Shown here: piece by piece, positions 44,143 through 57,702 of the stretch
Layout: each line of letters opens with the position of its first letter
Position numbering within the stretch: position 1 is the stretch's first letter
Source: Synechococcus sp.
Lineage (GTDB): Bacteria > Cyanobacteriota > Cyanobacteriia > PCC-6307 > Cyanobiaceae
NCBI GenBank assembly: GCA_047285535.1
Contig: JBJBDC010000001.1
Location: 2,272,136-2,336,135 of the forward strand
Reading direction: 5' to 3'
DNA length: 64,000 nucleotides
The notes under the pieces: model-generated
Told to the model about the DNA's origin: nothing
Databases searched by the model: none
The model's input: only the letters and a program-made list of their open reading frames with translations
Program-made: the position numbers and the translations under genes

Positions 44143-45252
44143 ATGGAATCTCCTTATCAGCTGATGCGTGAATGGCCTCCTGGCTACGGCGGAGTGGAGC
44201 GGGTGGCCCATGAATTGGCTAATGAGTGGGGAGGAACGGTTTATAGCTTTGATGCTCAATCTCGCAGTACGGATGAAGTCGATGCCTTAAAGGTTGCCTA
44301 CCTGCGCATCGTGTTGCCTACCGCTCCACCCCTCGGTCGCTTAGTGCTTCCACTGCCATCACATGCGCTGTGGAGGTTGTTGCGTTCGCGTCGTCCTCTG
44401 TATGGACACTTGCCCTCACCAGGAGTTCTTTTGGTCTTGCTTTTGGCCCGTTTGCTGCAACCGGGCCGGGCCGTGTTCGCTCATTGGCACTGCTTTGTGG
44501 CCCCTGAGCCGGGATCGAAAGCGAGGTTGTTTGCTCTTTACCAGTGGTTAGCCCTTCGTGTCGTCCCCTATATGACGAAGGTCATCACTACATCACCTGT
44601 GGTGGCTAAGGAGTTGATTCGTTGTGGTTGTCAGTCCTCTCGTGTTGCTGTGTTGCCCTGCTGTCTGAATGCGGAGCAAGAAAAGATCCTGTTGGCGTTG
44701 CCATCAAAACCGGTAACGGCAACACCATTGCGGGTGTTATTTATCGGGCGGCTTGACAGTTACAAGCGATTGGATTGGCTTTTGGAAGCATTGGCTTTGC
44801 AGAAACAGCCGTGGTCTTTGGCCGTGGTGGGCGATGGTCCTCGCCGGCTTGCCTTCGAGGAGCTCAGTTGTCAGTTGTTTGGGGCGGGGTCTGCCGTGAA
44901 CTTTTTAGGCCGTTTGGATGAAGAGGCGAAGGTGGCAGAACTCGCCTCTGCAGATGTACTGGTGCTCCCCTCAGATCGTTCTACAGAAGCGTTTGGGATC
45001 GTTCAGTTAGAGGCCATGGCGGCGGGACTGCCTTCACTTGCTTTTCAACATCGTCGCTCTGGGATGGGCTGGGTCGGCCAGCTCTCAGGATTGCATTGGT
45101 CGCAACAGCCTGATCAGCTGTCGATCGTGCTCAATCAGTTGGCGACTTCTCCTCCACTGCGCAAAGCGTTGGGAGTCGAGGCGCGTGAACGCTATCTGAA
45201 TTTGTTTGCGCGTCAGGTTTGGTTGGAATGTCTGCAATCTGTTCTCTTGTAA
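44143..45252 (+). CDS. GT4-family glycosyltransferase
   Basis: GGVERV, FIGRLDSYK, VGDGP and EAFGIVQLEAMAAG. Confidence 0.9.
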   Translation: MESPYQLMREWPPGYGGVERVAHELANEWGGTVYSFDAQSRSTDEVDALKVAYLRIVLPTAPPLGRLVLPLPSHALWRLLRSRRPLYGHLPSPGVLLVLLLARLLQPGRAVFAHWHCFVAPEPGSKARLFALYQWLALRVVPYMTKVITTSPVVAKELIRCGCQSSRVAVLPCCLNAEQEKILLALPSKPVTATPLRVLFIGRLDSYKRLDWLLEALALQKQPWSLAVVGDGPRRLAFEELSCQLFGAGSAVNFLGRLDEEAKVAELASADVLVLPSDRSTEAFGIVQLEAMAAGLPSLAFQHRRSGMGWVGQLSGLHWSQQPDQLSIVLNQLATSPPLRKALGVEARERYLNLFARQVWLECLQSVLL

Positions 45253-45356
45253 GTGTCGATTGATCAAGGGGGCTGGTTGGCCAGATTTTTTCTCGTCATA
45301 GCTATCCCATCAAGGAGGCCTCAGTAGGCTGTCCTGCAGACGATTTGGCTGTTCTC

Positions 45357-48206
45357 ATGCTCAAGCTCCTGCTGGGTGATCCCAATGCCCGCAAGCTGAA
45401 GCGCTACCAGCCGATCGTGTCTGACATCAATCTGCTGGAAGAAGACATTGCGCCCCTGAGTGATGACGAATTAAGAGCTCGTACCGTTGAGTTTCGTCAG
45501 CGCTTAGCCAACGCTGGCTCCTTAGAGAAACAGAGGCCACTGCTTGATGAGCTGTTGCCGGAGGCCTTCGCAGTGGTTCGCGAAGCTGGCAAGCGGGTTC
45601 TCGGCATGCGTCATTTCGATGTGCAAATGGTCGGAGGCATGGTGCTTCACGAAGGCCAGATTGCTGAGATGAAAACAGGCGAGGGCAAGACCCTCGTCGC
45701 CACTCTTCCTAGCTATCTCAATGCGCTCACCGGTCGAGGCGTTCATGTTGTGACGGTGAACGATTATCTGGCCCGCCGCGATGCGGAATGGATGGGTCAG
45801 GTTCATCGTTTTTTGGGGCTTTCCGTTGGTTTGATTCAGCAGGACATGACGCCTGCTGAACGTCGGATCAATTACGGCTGTGACATCACCTATGCCACAA
45901 ATTCAGAGCTCGGGTTCGATTATTTACGCGACAACATGGCCGCCGATATTAATGAGGTCGTACAGCGCGAGTTTCAGTTTTGCGTGATCGATGAAGTCGA
46001 CTCAATCCTGATCGACGAAGCACGCACTCCTTTGATCATTTCCGGCCAGGTGGAACGGCCTCAAGAAAAATACAAGAAAGCAGCGGAAGTCGCTCAGGCT
46101 CTTGAACGGGCAGCCGAAATGGGCAAAGACGGTATTGACCCAGAAGGTGATTACGAGGTGGATGAAAAGCAACGAAGCTCAACGCTCACCGATGAAGGGT
46201 TCTCTAAAGCTGAGGGACTCATTGGTGTGGCTGATCTCTATGACCCTAAGGATCCCTGGGCTCATTACATCACGAATGCGCTCAAGGCCAAAGAGCTGTT
46301 TATTCGGGATGTCAATTACATCGTTCGCGATGGAGAGGCGGTCATCGTTGATGAATTCACGGGTCGTGTAATGCCAGGACGGCGTTGGAGTGATGGCCAG
46401 CACCAGGCGATTGAGGCCAAGGAGGGTCTGACGATTCAGCCGGAAACGCAGACATTGGCCTCCATCACATACCAGAACTTCTTTCTGCTCTATCCCCGTT
46501 TGGCAGGCATGACTGGAACCGCCAAAACCGAGGAAGTGGAATTTGAAAAAACGTATACCTTGCAGACCACAATCGTTCCTACCAATCGGGTTCGCGCACG
46601 TCAGGACTGGGTTGATCAGGTCTATAAAACTGAGCAGGCCAAATGGCGTGCTGTCGCCAAAGAAACAGCTGAGGTGCACAAGCAGGGTCGCCCTGTTCTT
46701 GTGGGGACCACCAGTGTTGAGAAGAGTGAGCTGCTAAGCGCCTTGTTGGCGGAGCAGGACATTCCTCATAACTTGCTCAATGCAAAACCTGAAAACGTGG
46801 AGCGCGAGGCTGAAATCGTTGCCCAGGCGGGTCGGGCCGGGTCTGTGACGATCGCCACCAACATGGCGGGCCGCGGCACCGACATCATTCTTGGTGGCAA
46901 CAGCGACTACATGGCGCGGCTCAAGTTGCGTGAAGTGCTGTTGCCTCGGTTGGTGCGCCCAGAGGACGGCCATCGCCCACCTGTTCCCCTGCAGCGCACA
47001 GCTAAAGGCGGTGGCGGTTTCTCTGAGACGGCCCCAGAAACGGGTGCTCATGGCAATGCGCCTAGTGAAGCTAAGGCGATTGGCAATCTTTATCCCTGCG
47101 AGCTCACTGAAGAAACGAATCAGGCTTTGGTTGTGCTGGCCAAGCAACTGGTCAAGACTTGGGGTGATCGGAGTCTCAATGTGATCGAACTGGAAGATCG
47201 CATCGCTACAGCGGCAGAAAAAGCACCCACAGCTGACCCTGAGATCGCCCAATTGCGTGCCTCGATCAATGCAGTCAAAGCCGAATATGACGTGGTGGTG
47301 AAGCAGGAGGAAATGGGCGTGCGTGAGGCTGGAGGCCTCCACGTTATTGGCACCGAGCGTCACGAATCACGTCGGGTCGACAACCAGCTCCGAGGTCGCG
47401 CGGGTCGTCAAGGTGACCCAGGCAGCTCCAGATTCTTTCTGTCTTTGGGCGATAACCTCCTACGCATTTTTGGAGGAGAGCGCGTGGCTGGGCTGATGAA
47501 TGCTTTCCGTGTAGAAGAAGATATGCCGATCGAATCCGGCATGCTGACGCGCTCTCTTGAAGGTGCCCAAAAGAAAGTTGAAACGTACTACTACGACATG
47601 CGTAAGCAAGTGTTTGAGTACGACGAGGTGATGAATAACCAGCGCAAAGCTGTTTATACCGAAAGACGTCGTGTCCTTGACGGCCGTGAACTCAAAAAGC
47701 AGGTGATTGGTTATGGCGAGCGCACGATGAATGAAATCGTGGAGGCTTATGTGAATCCTGATCTTCCGCCTGAAGAATGGGATGTGTCGCAGTTGGTGAG
47801 CAAGGTACAAGAGTTCGTCTATCTGTTGGCAGATCTCAAGGCTGAGCAACTGCAGGGGTTGTCAATGGATGAACTCAAGGTGTTTCTTCAGGAGCAACTG
47901 CGTAATGCCTATGACCTGAAGGAAGGCCAGATCGAGGAGGTGCGTCCTGGGCTGATGCGAGAAGCAGAGCGTTTTTTCATCCTTCAACAGATTGATACCC
48001 TCTGGCGTGAGCATCTTCAAGCGATGGATGCATTGCGCGAATCTGTGGGGCTAAGGGGCTATGGCCAAAAAGACCCCCTGATTGAATATAAAAATGAGGG
48101 TTACGATATGTTTCTCGAGATGATGACGAACATGCGCCGTAATGTGATCTATTCAATGTTTATGTTCCAGCCGGCGCCACCGGCGGCGCAGACTACTACT
48201 GCTTGA
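45357..48206 (+). CDS. secA: Preprotein translocase subunit SecA
   Basis: [38 protein letters not shown] and [13 protein letters not shown]. Confidence 0.99.
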   Translation: MLKLLLGDPNARKLKRYQPIVSDINLLEEDIAPLSDDELRARTVEFRQRLANAGSLEKQRPLLDELLPEAFAVVREAGKRVLGMRHFDVQMVGGMVLHEGQIAEMKTGEGKTLVATLPSYLNALTGRGVHVVTVNDYLARRDAEWMGQVHRFLGLSVGLIQQDMTPAERRINYGCDITYATNSELGFDYLRDNMAADINEVVQREFQFCVIDEVDSILIDEARTPLIISGQVERPQEKYKKAAEVAQALERAAEMGKDGIDPEGDYEVDEKQRSSTLTDEGFSKAEGLIGVADLYDPKDPWAHYITNALKAKELFIRDVNYIVRDGEAVIVDEFTGRVMPGRRWSDGQHQAIEAKEGLTIQPETQTLASITYQNFFLLYPRLAGMTGTAKTEEVEFEKTYTLQTTIVPTNRVRARQDWVDQVYKTEQAKWRAVAKETAEVHKQGRPVLVGTTSVEKSELLSALLAEQDIPHNLLNAKPENVEREAEIVAQAGRAGSVTIATNMAGRGTDIILGGNSDYMARLKLREVLLPRLVRPEDGHRPPVPLQRTAKGGGGFSETAPETGAHGNAPSEAKAIGNLYPCELTEETNQALVVLAKQLVKTWGDRSLNVIELEDRIATAAEKAPTADPEIAQLRASINAVKAEYDVVVKQEEMGVREAGGLHVIGTERHESRRVDNQLRGRAGRQGDPGSSRFFLSLGDNLLRIFGGERVAGLMNAFRVEEDMPIESGMLTRSLEGAQKKVETYYYDMRKQVFEYDEVMNNQRKAVYTERRRVLDGRELKKQVIGYGERTMNEIVEAYVNPDLPPEEWDVSQLVSKVQEFVYLLADLKAEQLQGLSMDELKVFLQEQLRNAYDLKEGQIEEVRPGLMREAERFFILQQIDTLWREHLQAMDALRESVGLRGYGQKDPLIEYKNEGYDMFLEMMTNMRRNVIYSMFMFQPAPPAAQTTTA

Positions 48207-48957
48207 AGGGTGGTGAATTTTGCTCTCCCAAAAACTCAATGATTTCTCGATCCTTGAGGTTTTGGGATTTACCGGCGCAGACTTCACGAATCGGACGCCC
48301 AGCTGCCACTGCTTGTAGGCATGCCTGCAGCTCGCCTACTTGATTTTCCAACTGATCAATGCGTTCCATCAGGTTGCGGATCACATTGGCCTCAGCATCA
48401 GGAAGGGCGGAGTGGGCGAGGGGATTGATGCGTACTCCGCTCTGATGGATGACGCGACCAGGAACCCCGACCACGGTGCAGTTTTGCTCGACATCTCTGA
48501 CCACGACAGAACCAGCTCCAATTCTGGTGTTGGTTCCCACGTTGATGGCTCCCAGCACCTTGGCTCCTGCCCCTACGACAACGTTGTTGGCCAGTGTTGG
48601 GTGACGCTTGCCATGGTCTTTGCCTGTTCCGCCCAGGGTGACCCCCTGATATAGCAAGCAGCGGTCTCCGATTCGGCTTGTTTCGCCGATCACCACACCC
48701 ATTCCGTGATCAATGAAGACGCCATGGCCGATCTTGGCGCCTGGATGAATTTCTATGCCAGTCAGCCCACGTCCCAGTTGGCTCAACAGGCGTGCCGCCA
48801 GCTTCAGGGGTAATCGCGAACGCCAGAGGCGGTGGCTGAGCCTGTGCAGACTGATGGCTTGAAACCCTGGATAGCAGAGCAGGATCTCAAGGGGTCCACG
48901 CGCTGCAGGATCTCGTTCACGGATGATCGCTAAGTCTGCCCGGAACTGGTTAAGCAT
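48196..48957 (-). CDS. cysE: Serine O-acetyltransferase
   Basis: [27 protein letters not shown] and GKRHP. Confidence 0.96.
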   Translation of the reverse strand: MLNQFRADLAIIRERDPAARGPLEILLCYPGFQAISLHRLSHRLWRSRLPLKLAARLLSQLGRGLTGIEIHPGAKIGHGVFIDHGMGVVIGETSRIGDRCLLYQGVTLGGTGKDHGKRHPTLANNVVVGAGAKVLGAINVGTNTRIGAGSVVVRDVEQNCTVVGVPGRVIHQSGVRINPLAHSALPDAEANVIRNLMERIDQLENQVGELQACLQAVAAGRPIREVCAGKSQNLKDREIIEFLGEQNSPPFKQ

Positions 48958-49026
48958 GACCTTGCTGCCTTAAGCCTTTCGCTAGTCCTGGCATCATCTC
49001 TTGCGGGCATTCCTCATCGTTGTGAT

Positions 49027-50016
49027 TTAGCTGTTGATCAGGCCAATTTCCTTGCGTAAAAGTTCAATCGTGTCACTGCTTAGATAGCTCTCGGCGCAGT
49101 GCACTTGGGGCATGCGCATCAGCTGGGAGCGATTCTGACGCAGACACTGCTCCACAAGCGGCATGCTTGGACGATCGCAGAGAACGTGACTAGAAGCGCG
49201 GAGAAGTGCTAAGAGGCGGCTACCAATATCCGGTGTGGCGGTCATCAGCAACAGGTCATTGCCGCGCATGCTGTGCAGGATCACCTCAGCCGCCCGCAGG
49301 ATGCCTGGGCTAATGCTCACCAGGCCCACGCAGCTGCCCTGACGGAGCTCTTTCAACATCGCCAGTTCTGCGCGGAAGTCGTTGAGATCGACAGCAACGG
49401 CACGCACGCCGTGTTTCTTCGCCAGTTCTTCTACAGGCTGGAGGAAATAACGACTGGTCACGACAGTGCCATTGCTGGCGTTTTCGAGCACGCTTTCCAG
49501 CTCTTCCATGGGCACCACTTCTACGGGCACGTTGATGTTCGGTTCAAGTTCTTCGGCGATCAGCATCGAAGCACCGATGTCTTCCCGCGGGGTACTCACC
49601 AGCACGCGAGCGCCGCAACGCAGGCGCCAATCGATTTCCCTTGTGAGAAGTTCACGAGTTTGTTGCAGTGTGCAGCCGGCATTCAGAAGTCCATCAACGC
49701 ATTTGCGCACCTCTCGATCGAGATCGGTGACGCCTCGATTGCGGATGTGGGGAGGTGTTTTGATTTCCCTCGGCTTCTGCTGATCGCGCACATAGATCCC
49801 TGAACCGGCCATGGCTTCGACGACACCATCTGTTTCCAGCTGGCGGTAAACCTTGCTGATGGTGTTGCGATGCAGACCGGTCTGCATCGCAAGCTGCCTT
49901 GTGCTGGGGAGACGATGCCCTGGAGGGTAGTGCCGGGCAGCAATAGCGAAACAGATCTGGTTGTAGAGCTGAGTCGATGCCGGAATGTCGCTTTCCTGTT
50001 GGATGTGGAATCGCAC
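49027..50016 (-). CDS. GntR-family regulator (cyanobacterial PlmA-like)
   Basis: RLPSTRQLA and HRNTISKVYRQLE winged HTH; probable GTG start. Confidence 0.9.
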   Translation of the reverse strand: MRFHIQQESDIPASTQLYNQICFAIAARHYPPGHRLPSTRQLAMQTGLHRNTISKVYRQLETDGVVEAMAGSGIYVRDQQKPREIKTPPHIRNRGVTDLDREVRKCVDGLLNAGCTLQQTRELLTREIDWRLRCGARVLVSTPREDIGASMLIAEELEPNINVPVEVVPMEELESVLENASNGTVVTSRYFLQPVEELAKKHGVRAVAVDLNDFRAELAMLKELRQGSCVGLVSISPGILRAAEVILHSMRGNDLLLMTATPDIGSRLLALLRASSHVLCDRPSMPLVEQCLRQNRSQLMRMPQVHCAESYLSSDTIELLRKEIGLINS

Positions 50017-50796
50017 GCCGGTGGTCCGGATCGGAATGCGGCCACCTTAAGGACTGGATCGCCTTGTGACAATCGCTGAGATGATCCTTGCCCTGATCTG
50101 AAGCTTCCTTTTCACGCATTGATGTCAATGCCTCTCTGCCTTTCTCAGCCTTGGCGCACAATCTGAGTCAGGGTGAAAATTGGTCCTTGGCCGTGGCTTG
50201 GTCCGTCGGTTCTGCGCCAAATAGCCGAGGAAAAGGGGCTTGGTGCTCTGCGCCTCTTGGCCGAGATCTTTGGAGGGAATGCGTGGGTGTTTGGACTGGT
50301 CGAGTATTGATCTGTTGCTGGCATTCCTTCGCCAGCGATGCCGCCATAGGCGCAAATCCCCTGAGACTTGAGTTCAGCCATGGCACCAGGCCACCTTCAA
50401 GGTCTGCGGTGCGAGGATTCATGAGTCAGAACTCCTCAAGGATGTTCAATCCTCGATGGAATGATCAGGCAGGCTGTCTCGCTTGATGATCAGTCCTTTC
50501 ATCAAGCTGGTGCGTCAGTGCTTAGGCGGTTATTAGGTCTCTCTTGTCTGCGACCCTTGCTGACGTTGATGTCAGTTTGAATTTTGACGAGACGAGGACA
50601 GCCTCGGGCGCCGAGTGCGATAAGCCCCCTGTTTGAAGTGGTTGCAGCAGCTGAAGAAGAGAGAGATCCATGGTCTTGTCGGCAGCTATTGATAGCCGAG
50701 CGATGTTGCGACTGACGAACCAACTTGATGGGTGAGATCAGTGATTCGTCTCAAGAGGTCTGTGATCAAGGACTGGAAGCTGCTTTCAGAGAAGGC

Positions 50797-51435
50797 TCAG
50801 GGTTGAGTGATGTTTCGACGAGCCGGAGAGGGGATGGTTCTCACTGCTTTGTTCACACTTTCGTCATCTTTGTCTTTTTTCACCAGCGGCGTTTTGCGTG
50901 GTGTGAGGAACATGATCATGTTCCGGCCTTCGCGCTTTGGAGGCTGTTGGACCTCAGCAGGCTCCTCCAGATCCTTGGCCATACGTCGTAGCAACACCTC
51001 AGCCAACGCAGTGTGTTGAATCTCACGGCCTCGGAAAATGACCGTGCATTTCACTTTGTCACCCGCCTTCAAGAAGCGCTGAGCTTGACCAATCCTGACG
51101 TCGTAATCGTGTTGATCGATCTTGTAACGCATCTTGACTTCTTTGACTTCGGTCTGGTGCGATTTTTTCTTGGCTTCTTTGGCCTTTTTTTCTTGTTCGA
51201 ATTTGAATTTGCCGTAATCCATGATCCGGCAGACCGGCGGATCAGCTTTCTCGCTTACCAAGACGAGGTCAAGTTCCCGGTCACGGGCAACTTCTAATGC
51301 CTTCTCTCGGTCAATCACTCCGAGTTGTTCTCCGTCTGCGTCAACAACCCTCAGCTGGGGATAGTTGATGCGGTCATTGATGTTGGGGAGCTCCCTGACT
51401 GGAGCGCGACGGTCAAAGCGAGGACGTGGAGGCAT
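50797..51435 (-). CDS. infC: Translation initiation factor IF-3
   Basis: [21 protein letters not shown] and [14 protein letters not shown]. Confidence 0.97.
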   Translation of the reverse strand: MPPRPRFDRRAPVRELPNINDRINYPQLRVVDADGEQLGVIDREKALEVARDRELDLVLVSEKADPPVCRIMDYGKFKFEQEKKAKEAKKKSHQTEVKEVKMRYKIDQHDYDVRIGQAQRFLKAGDKVKCTVIFRGREIQHTALAEVLLRRMAKDLEEPAEVQQPPKREGRNMIMFLTPRKTPLVKKDKDDESVNKAVRTIPSPARRNITQP

Positions 51436-51489
51436 TCAGTGTTGTGAAGAACTGCTGATTGGTAGTTGTTTTCAGCAGAGTTATGGTGT

Positions 51490-52368
51490 TCAGCCTAAAC
51501 CCGCTTCGATCAGATCTCTCGCTTCGCTTAAGGCATCCTGACCACTGAGCCAGTGAGGGCTGTGTTGTCGTCGAAACCAAGTTCTCTGGCGCTTCGCAAA
51601 TTGCTGTGTGCGTCGGGTGGTGATTTCGATCGCTTTGGATTTGTCGAGACCTCCTTTTAGGACCGCTAGAGCTTCGCCGTAGCCGATGGTCTGCAGCATG
51701 GGGAGATCGGATCCATAGCGTTGGCTCAGTTGTTCCGTCTCTGCAATCAAACCCTTTCGGTAGATCTGATCGGTTCTATCCTCGATACGTGATCGCAGCT
51801 CCCTGGGATTCAGACCTAGCTCGAGCACACGCCAGAGAGGTGGGTTGGTTGATTGTTGCTGACTCATCGGTTTGCCACTGCAATACAGCACTTCCAGAGC
51901 TCTCTGCGTGCGAACAGCATCCGCTGGAGCGATCTTGGCCGCTGCTTGAGGATCTGCCTGTTGAAGAAGTTGATGGCAGTTGCTTTGACCGAGTTCGCTG
52001 AGCTGATGACGCAGTTTGGTTTGAGGAGGGACGGCTGGGGGCTGCAAGCCTTGGGTTAGGGCTTTTAAGTAAAGGCCGCTGCCTCCCGCCAGAAAGGCCA
52101 CTCCCCGTGCCTGGAGTACGTGGTTGATCGCCTCTGTTGCTTCTTGCTGGAACTCCTGGAGGTTGATGGGCTGATCGGGGGAACGGAGGTCCAGGAGGTG
52201 ATGTTTGACGCGCTGCTGTTGCTCTGGCGTGGGTTTGGCCGTGCCGATGTCCATCTCGCGGTAGAGCTGGCGCGAATCAATGTTGAGGATGTCCAGTTGG
52301 AAGTGTTCTGCGAGTTCCAGGGCGAGAGCGGTTTTGCCGCTCGCGGTTGGGCCAAGCAAAATCACCAC
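51490..52368 (-). CDS. miaA: tRNA dimethylallyltransferase
   Basis: [27 protein letters not shown] and AKRQRTWF. Start approximate. Confidence 0.96.
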   Translation of the reverse strand: MVILLGPTASGKTALALELAEHFQLDILNIDSRQLYREMDIGTAKPTPEQQQRVKHHLLDLRSPDQPINLQEFQQEATEAINHVLQARGVAFLAGGSGLYLKALTQGLQPPAVPPQTKLRHQLSELGQSNCHQLLQQADPQAAAKIAPADAVRTQRALEVLYCSGKPMSQQQSTNPPLWRVLELGLNPRELRSRIEDRTDQIYRKGLIAETEQLSQRYGSDLPMLQTIGYGEALAVLKGGLDKSKAIEITTRRTQQFAKRQRTWFRRQHSPHWLSGQDALSEARDLIEAGLG

Positions 52369-52506
52369 TAAGGGAGCTTCTGCGCTGGCTGTGGTCCTTA
52401 AGTCTGGCCTGACCTGATTGATCGAATAAATGATGGGTGTACCCCCTTTGAAAATGACGCGTGAGAGGCTTCTGCAAGCGCCTCTGGAATACCGGTGGTA
52501 AATTAG

Positions 52507-54506
<2,000 letters not shown>

Positions 54507-54507
<1 letters not shown>

Positions 54508-54845
54508 TGAGCATGTCTACCGGAGCTGTTTTGCGTTGGGGCTGGCTACTTGGCGTTGCCCTGATGGCGCCAGCTGCCCTGCCCGCCGGTGGGGCCCAGC
54601 GCCGGCTTCCCCCTGTTCGCCGACAGGAGGGTAAGAGCCCGCTTCTCAGTGGAGATGGCTGCATGTTGCTTTCTAGTCCCATGGTCGAGGCCCCAGTGCT
54701 GCGCAGGCTTGAACTGGGTACGCCTCTTAAGATGTTGCGTCACTGGCGAGGAGAAGACGGCCGCGATTGGATTCAGGTGCAAGTGTCTTCGGGCCAAGGT
54801 TTGCCATCAGGTTTCCAATCGATCCGCGGTTGGCTGCATGGCTGA
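54507..54845 (+). CDS. Small secreted SH3-like domain protein
   Basis: Signal-like N-terminus, [14 protein letters not shown] and RGW; overlaps gyrB and crcB. Confidence 0.7.
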
Positions 54846-55248
54846 TTCACTCATACCTGGCCAGTTTGTTTTGGTTGGAATTGGTGCAATCCCAGGGGCT
54901 TGGCTGCGTTTGCGGATTGTCAATCATTTTGATCCGATGGTTCCCCGAAAGCATTGGGGCACATTCGCTGTGAACCTCACGGCAGCTTTTGCCTTGGGTT
55001 TGGTGCTCGGACTTCAAGTCAATGATCCCTGTACTGCTACTAGGGGAGTCTCTGGATTGACTTTATTGGTTGCAGTTGGTTTTTTCGGCAGTCTCAGCAC
55101 CTTCTCTACGTTTGCTGTCGAGTTGTTCACAACTTTGAAGCAAGGGCATTGGCTTGAATCTGTTCTGCTCGGAATTGGTTCGATCTTGGGCGGGTTGGCT
55201 TTGGCTGGGCTTGGTTATGGCATCGGGTTAGCCGAGGGAATCTCCTGA
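54838..55248 (+). CDS. crcB: Fluoride channel Fluc/CrcB, copy 1
   Basis: [15 protein letters not shown] and [15 protein letters not shown] 54838. Confidence 0.9.
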   Translation: MADSLIPGQFVLVGIGAIPGAWLRLRIVNHFDPMVPRKHWGTFAVNLTAAFALGLVLGLQVNDPCTATRGVSGLTLLVAVGFFGSLSTFSTFAVELFTTLKQGHWLESVLLGIGSILGGLALAGLGYGIGLAEGIS

Positions 55249-55643
55249 TGTCGGATCGTGCTGCCACCGCGCCTAAGCAGCTGTCTCTCCGACAGGAACT
55301 GACCGAGCTCTTCCTCGTGGCGGTTGGTGCGGTTCCTGGTGCGTTGATGCGCTGGCAGATTGGTGTTCACCTTCACGACAACGCCCTTGTTGTGAACGTG
55401 CTCGGTGCTTTCGTTTTGGGTTGGTTGGTTGGGCTTCCCTTACGCCCTAGGCGGCAGCTATTGGTTGGTATTGGTTTCTGTGGTTCGCTCACCACCTTCA
55501 GCAGTTGGATGGTGTACTGCGTCACTTATATCGCTCAGGGCGACTGGCGTTCAGCCTTGGGTTTGATCGGTTTCACCCTCGGGCTGGGCCTAGGTGCCGC
55601 AGCCCTTGGAGTGATGCTGGGTCGCGCTTGGTCTAGGCGCTGA
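55248..55643 (+). CDS. crcB: Fluoride channel Fluc/CrcB, copy 2
   Basis: GAVPGALMR, VNVLGAF and GFCGSLTTFSSW. Confidence 0.9.
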   Translation: MSDRAATAPKQLSLRQELTELFLVAVGAVPGALMRWQIGVHLHDNALVVNVLGAFVLGWLVGLPLRPRRQLLVGIGFCGSLTTFSSWMVYCVTYIAQGDWRSALGLIGFTLGLGLGAAALGVMLGRAWSRR

Positions 55644-56112
55644 GTGCGGATTCAATGGCGCCCTTCAGTTCATCCGAATCGGGTTCAACACCACTTTTGA
55701 ATCGAGCAATCACAGTGCCGTCCTTGCCCACGAGGAACTTTTCAAAGTTCCATGCCACATCGCCTGAGGGTTCTGTCTGATTGAGGGTCGTGTAGGGCTC
55801 GGTGGTGCTGCCGGTGGCATGCACTTTGTTGAACAGTTCAAAATTGGCGTTGTAAGTGGTGGCGCAAAAGTTTTTGATTTCGTCCAGAGTGCCTGGCTCT
55901 TGCCCGCCGAAATCGTTGCAGGGGAAGCCCAACACCTGGAGTCCTTTGGAGCCGTAATTGTCTTGCAGCGCTTGCAGACCACTGTATTGGCGAGTGAAAC
56001 CACAGTGACTGGCTACGTTCACGATCAGCAGGACCTTGCCGGCGTAGGAACCGAGGGATTTTTCTGTTCCATCGGGAGTAGTGACGGACACATTACTGAT
56101 GTTGGGGGCCAT
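55633..56112 (-). CDS. Glutathione peroxidase-family protein (Cys type)
   Basis: VNVASHCGFT, GFPCNDFGGQEPG and WNFEKFL. Confidence 0.95.
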   Translation of the reverse strand: MAPNISNVSVTTPDGTEKSLGSYAGKVLLIVNVASHCGFTRQYSGLQALQDNYGSKGLQVLGFPCNDFGGQEPGTLDEIKNFCATTYNANFELFNKVHATGSTTEPYTTLNQTEPSGDVAWNFEKFLVGKDGTVIARFKSGVEPDSDELKGAIESALSA

Positions 56113-56189
56113 TACGGTTTCAGGTGACATTGGCGCAGACGATAACCGGCCGCAGATCGACTTACACTTCAAATGACTGGGTGGAGAGC

Positions 56190-57650
56190 ATGGATGAAGC
56201 CCAGGGCAGCAGCGGCGTGAGCATTGCTAATGACCTGGTTGCTGAGGTCGTCACTCAGCAACTTGAGTCCATGTTGTCTGTCGGCAACTATGACGGCGTC
56301 AAATTGCTCTTGGCTCCTGTTCAGCCCGTGGATGCGGCGGAAGCGATTGGGTATCTACCGCGAACGATGCAGGCACTTGCTTTCCGATTGCTCGGAAAAG
56401 ATGAAGCGATTGAGGTCTATGAATACCTTGAGCCAGCCGTTCAGCAAAGCTTGTTGGAACGGCTGCGTTCGGGTGAAGTCCTGGAGCTCGTGGAAGAGAT
56501 GTCGCCTGACGATCGGGTGCGCCTTTTCGACGAGCTCCCGGCCAAGGTGGTTCGCCGCCTCTTAGTGGAGCTCAGCCCTGCGGAGCGACGTGTCACCGCC
56601 CAACTCTTGGGCTATGCGCCTGAAACGGCTGGCCGTTTGATGACGACTGAGTACATCGATCTTAAGGAATTTCATAGTGCCGCACAGGCTCTCACCATTG
56701 TTCGCCGCCGTGCAAGAGAAACCGAAACGATCTACAGCCTCTACGTCACCGATGGACAGCGACATCTTTCTGGAATTTTGTCTCTGCGGGATTTGGTCAC
56801 CGCCGACCCCACCGATTGCATTGGCGAGGTGATGACGCGGGAGGTTGTGAGCGTTGGCACCGATACCGATCAGGAGGAGGTGGCCAGGGCGATCCAGCGT
56901 TATGACTTTCTTGCCGTGCCCGTTGTGGACCGGGAACGTCGTCTTGTTGGGATCGTCACAGTGGATGATGTCATCGACGTCATCGAGCAGGAAGCAACTC
57001 GCGACATCTATGCGGCGGGTGCTGTGCAGGCCGGCGATGAAGATGATTATTTTCAGAGCAATCTTTTTACCGTTGCGCGTCGGCGGGTGGTTTGGCTGTT
57101 GGTCTTGGTGATTGCCAATATTTTCACCACCCAGGTGATCGCGATCAATGATGGGGTTTTACGTGAGGTGGTGATGCTCGCGGCCTTCATCCCTTTGCTG
57201 ATCGGTACAGGTGGGAATGTGGGTGCTCAGAGTTCCACGGTGGTGATTCGCGGTCTGAGCACCCAACGCATTCAGGCGCTGGGTCCATGGCGTGCTGTTT
57301 TCCGTGAAGCAGTGGCGGGAGCTTTGCTGGGACTTTTGATGCTTGTCGTTGTAGTGCCTTTTGCCTGGTGGCGGGGAGATGGCCCCTTAGTAGGAATGGC
57401 AGTGGGCATCAGCCTGATGGCGATCACCACTCTGGCGGCTACTGCTGGTGCGTCGCTTCCTTTGCTGTTTAACCGTATGGGCTTGGATCCAGCACTGATG
57501 TCAGCCCCATTTATTACCACCGCAACAGATGTGGCAGGAGTTTTCATTTATCTCAAGACAGCTGAGTGGTTGCTGCTGCGTGCTCCCCAGCTGCTTGAGA
57601 CCACTAGAACGAGTATTTTTACTCAATTAGCAGCTGCGCTCGCTTTCTGA
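56190..57650 (+). CDS. mgtE: Magnesium transporter MgtE
   Basis: TAGRLMT, CBS pair, GGNVGAQ and DPALMSAPFITT. Confidence 0.95.
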   Translation: MDEAQGSSGVSIANDLVAEVVTQQLESMLSVGNYDGVKLLLAPVQPVDAAEAIGYLPRTMQALAFRLLGKDEAIEVYEYLEPAVQQSLLERLRSGEVLELVEEMSPDDRVRLFDELPAKVVRRLLVELSPAERRVTAQLLGYAPETAGRLMTTEYIDLKEFHSAAQALTIVRRRARETETIYSLYVTDGQRHLSGILSLRDLVTADPTDCIGEVMTREVVSVGTDTDQEEVARAIQRYDFLAVPVVDRERRLVGIVTVDDVIDVIEQEATRDIYAAGAVQAGDEDDYFQSNLFTVARRRVVWLLVLVIANIFTTQVIAINDGVLREVVMLAAFIPLLIGTGGNVGAQSSTVVIRGLSTQRIQALGPWRAVFREAVAGALLGLLMLVVVVPFAWWRGDGPLVGMAVGISLMAITTLAATAGASLPLLFNRMGLDPALMSAPFITTATDVAGVFIYLKTAEWLLLRAPQLLETTRTSIFTQLAAALAF

Positions 57651-57702
57651 GAGTTCGTTTACGTTTCTTAGGGTTATTCTTTACACAACTCAATGAAGCG
57701 TC

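Noticed and set aside
55633..56112. Selenocysteine glutathione peroxidase
   Set aside because: The active-site codon is TGT (Cys), not TGA.
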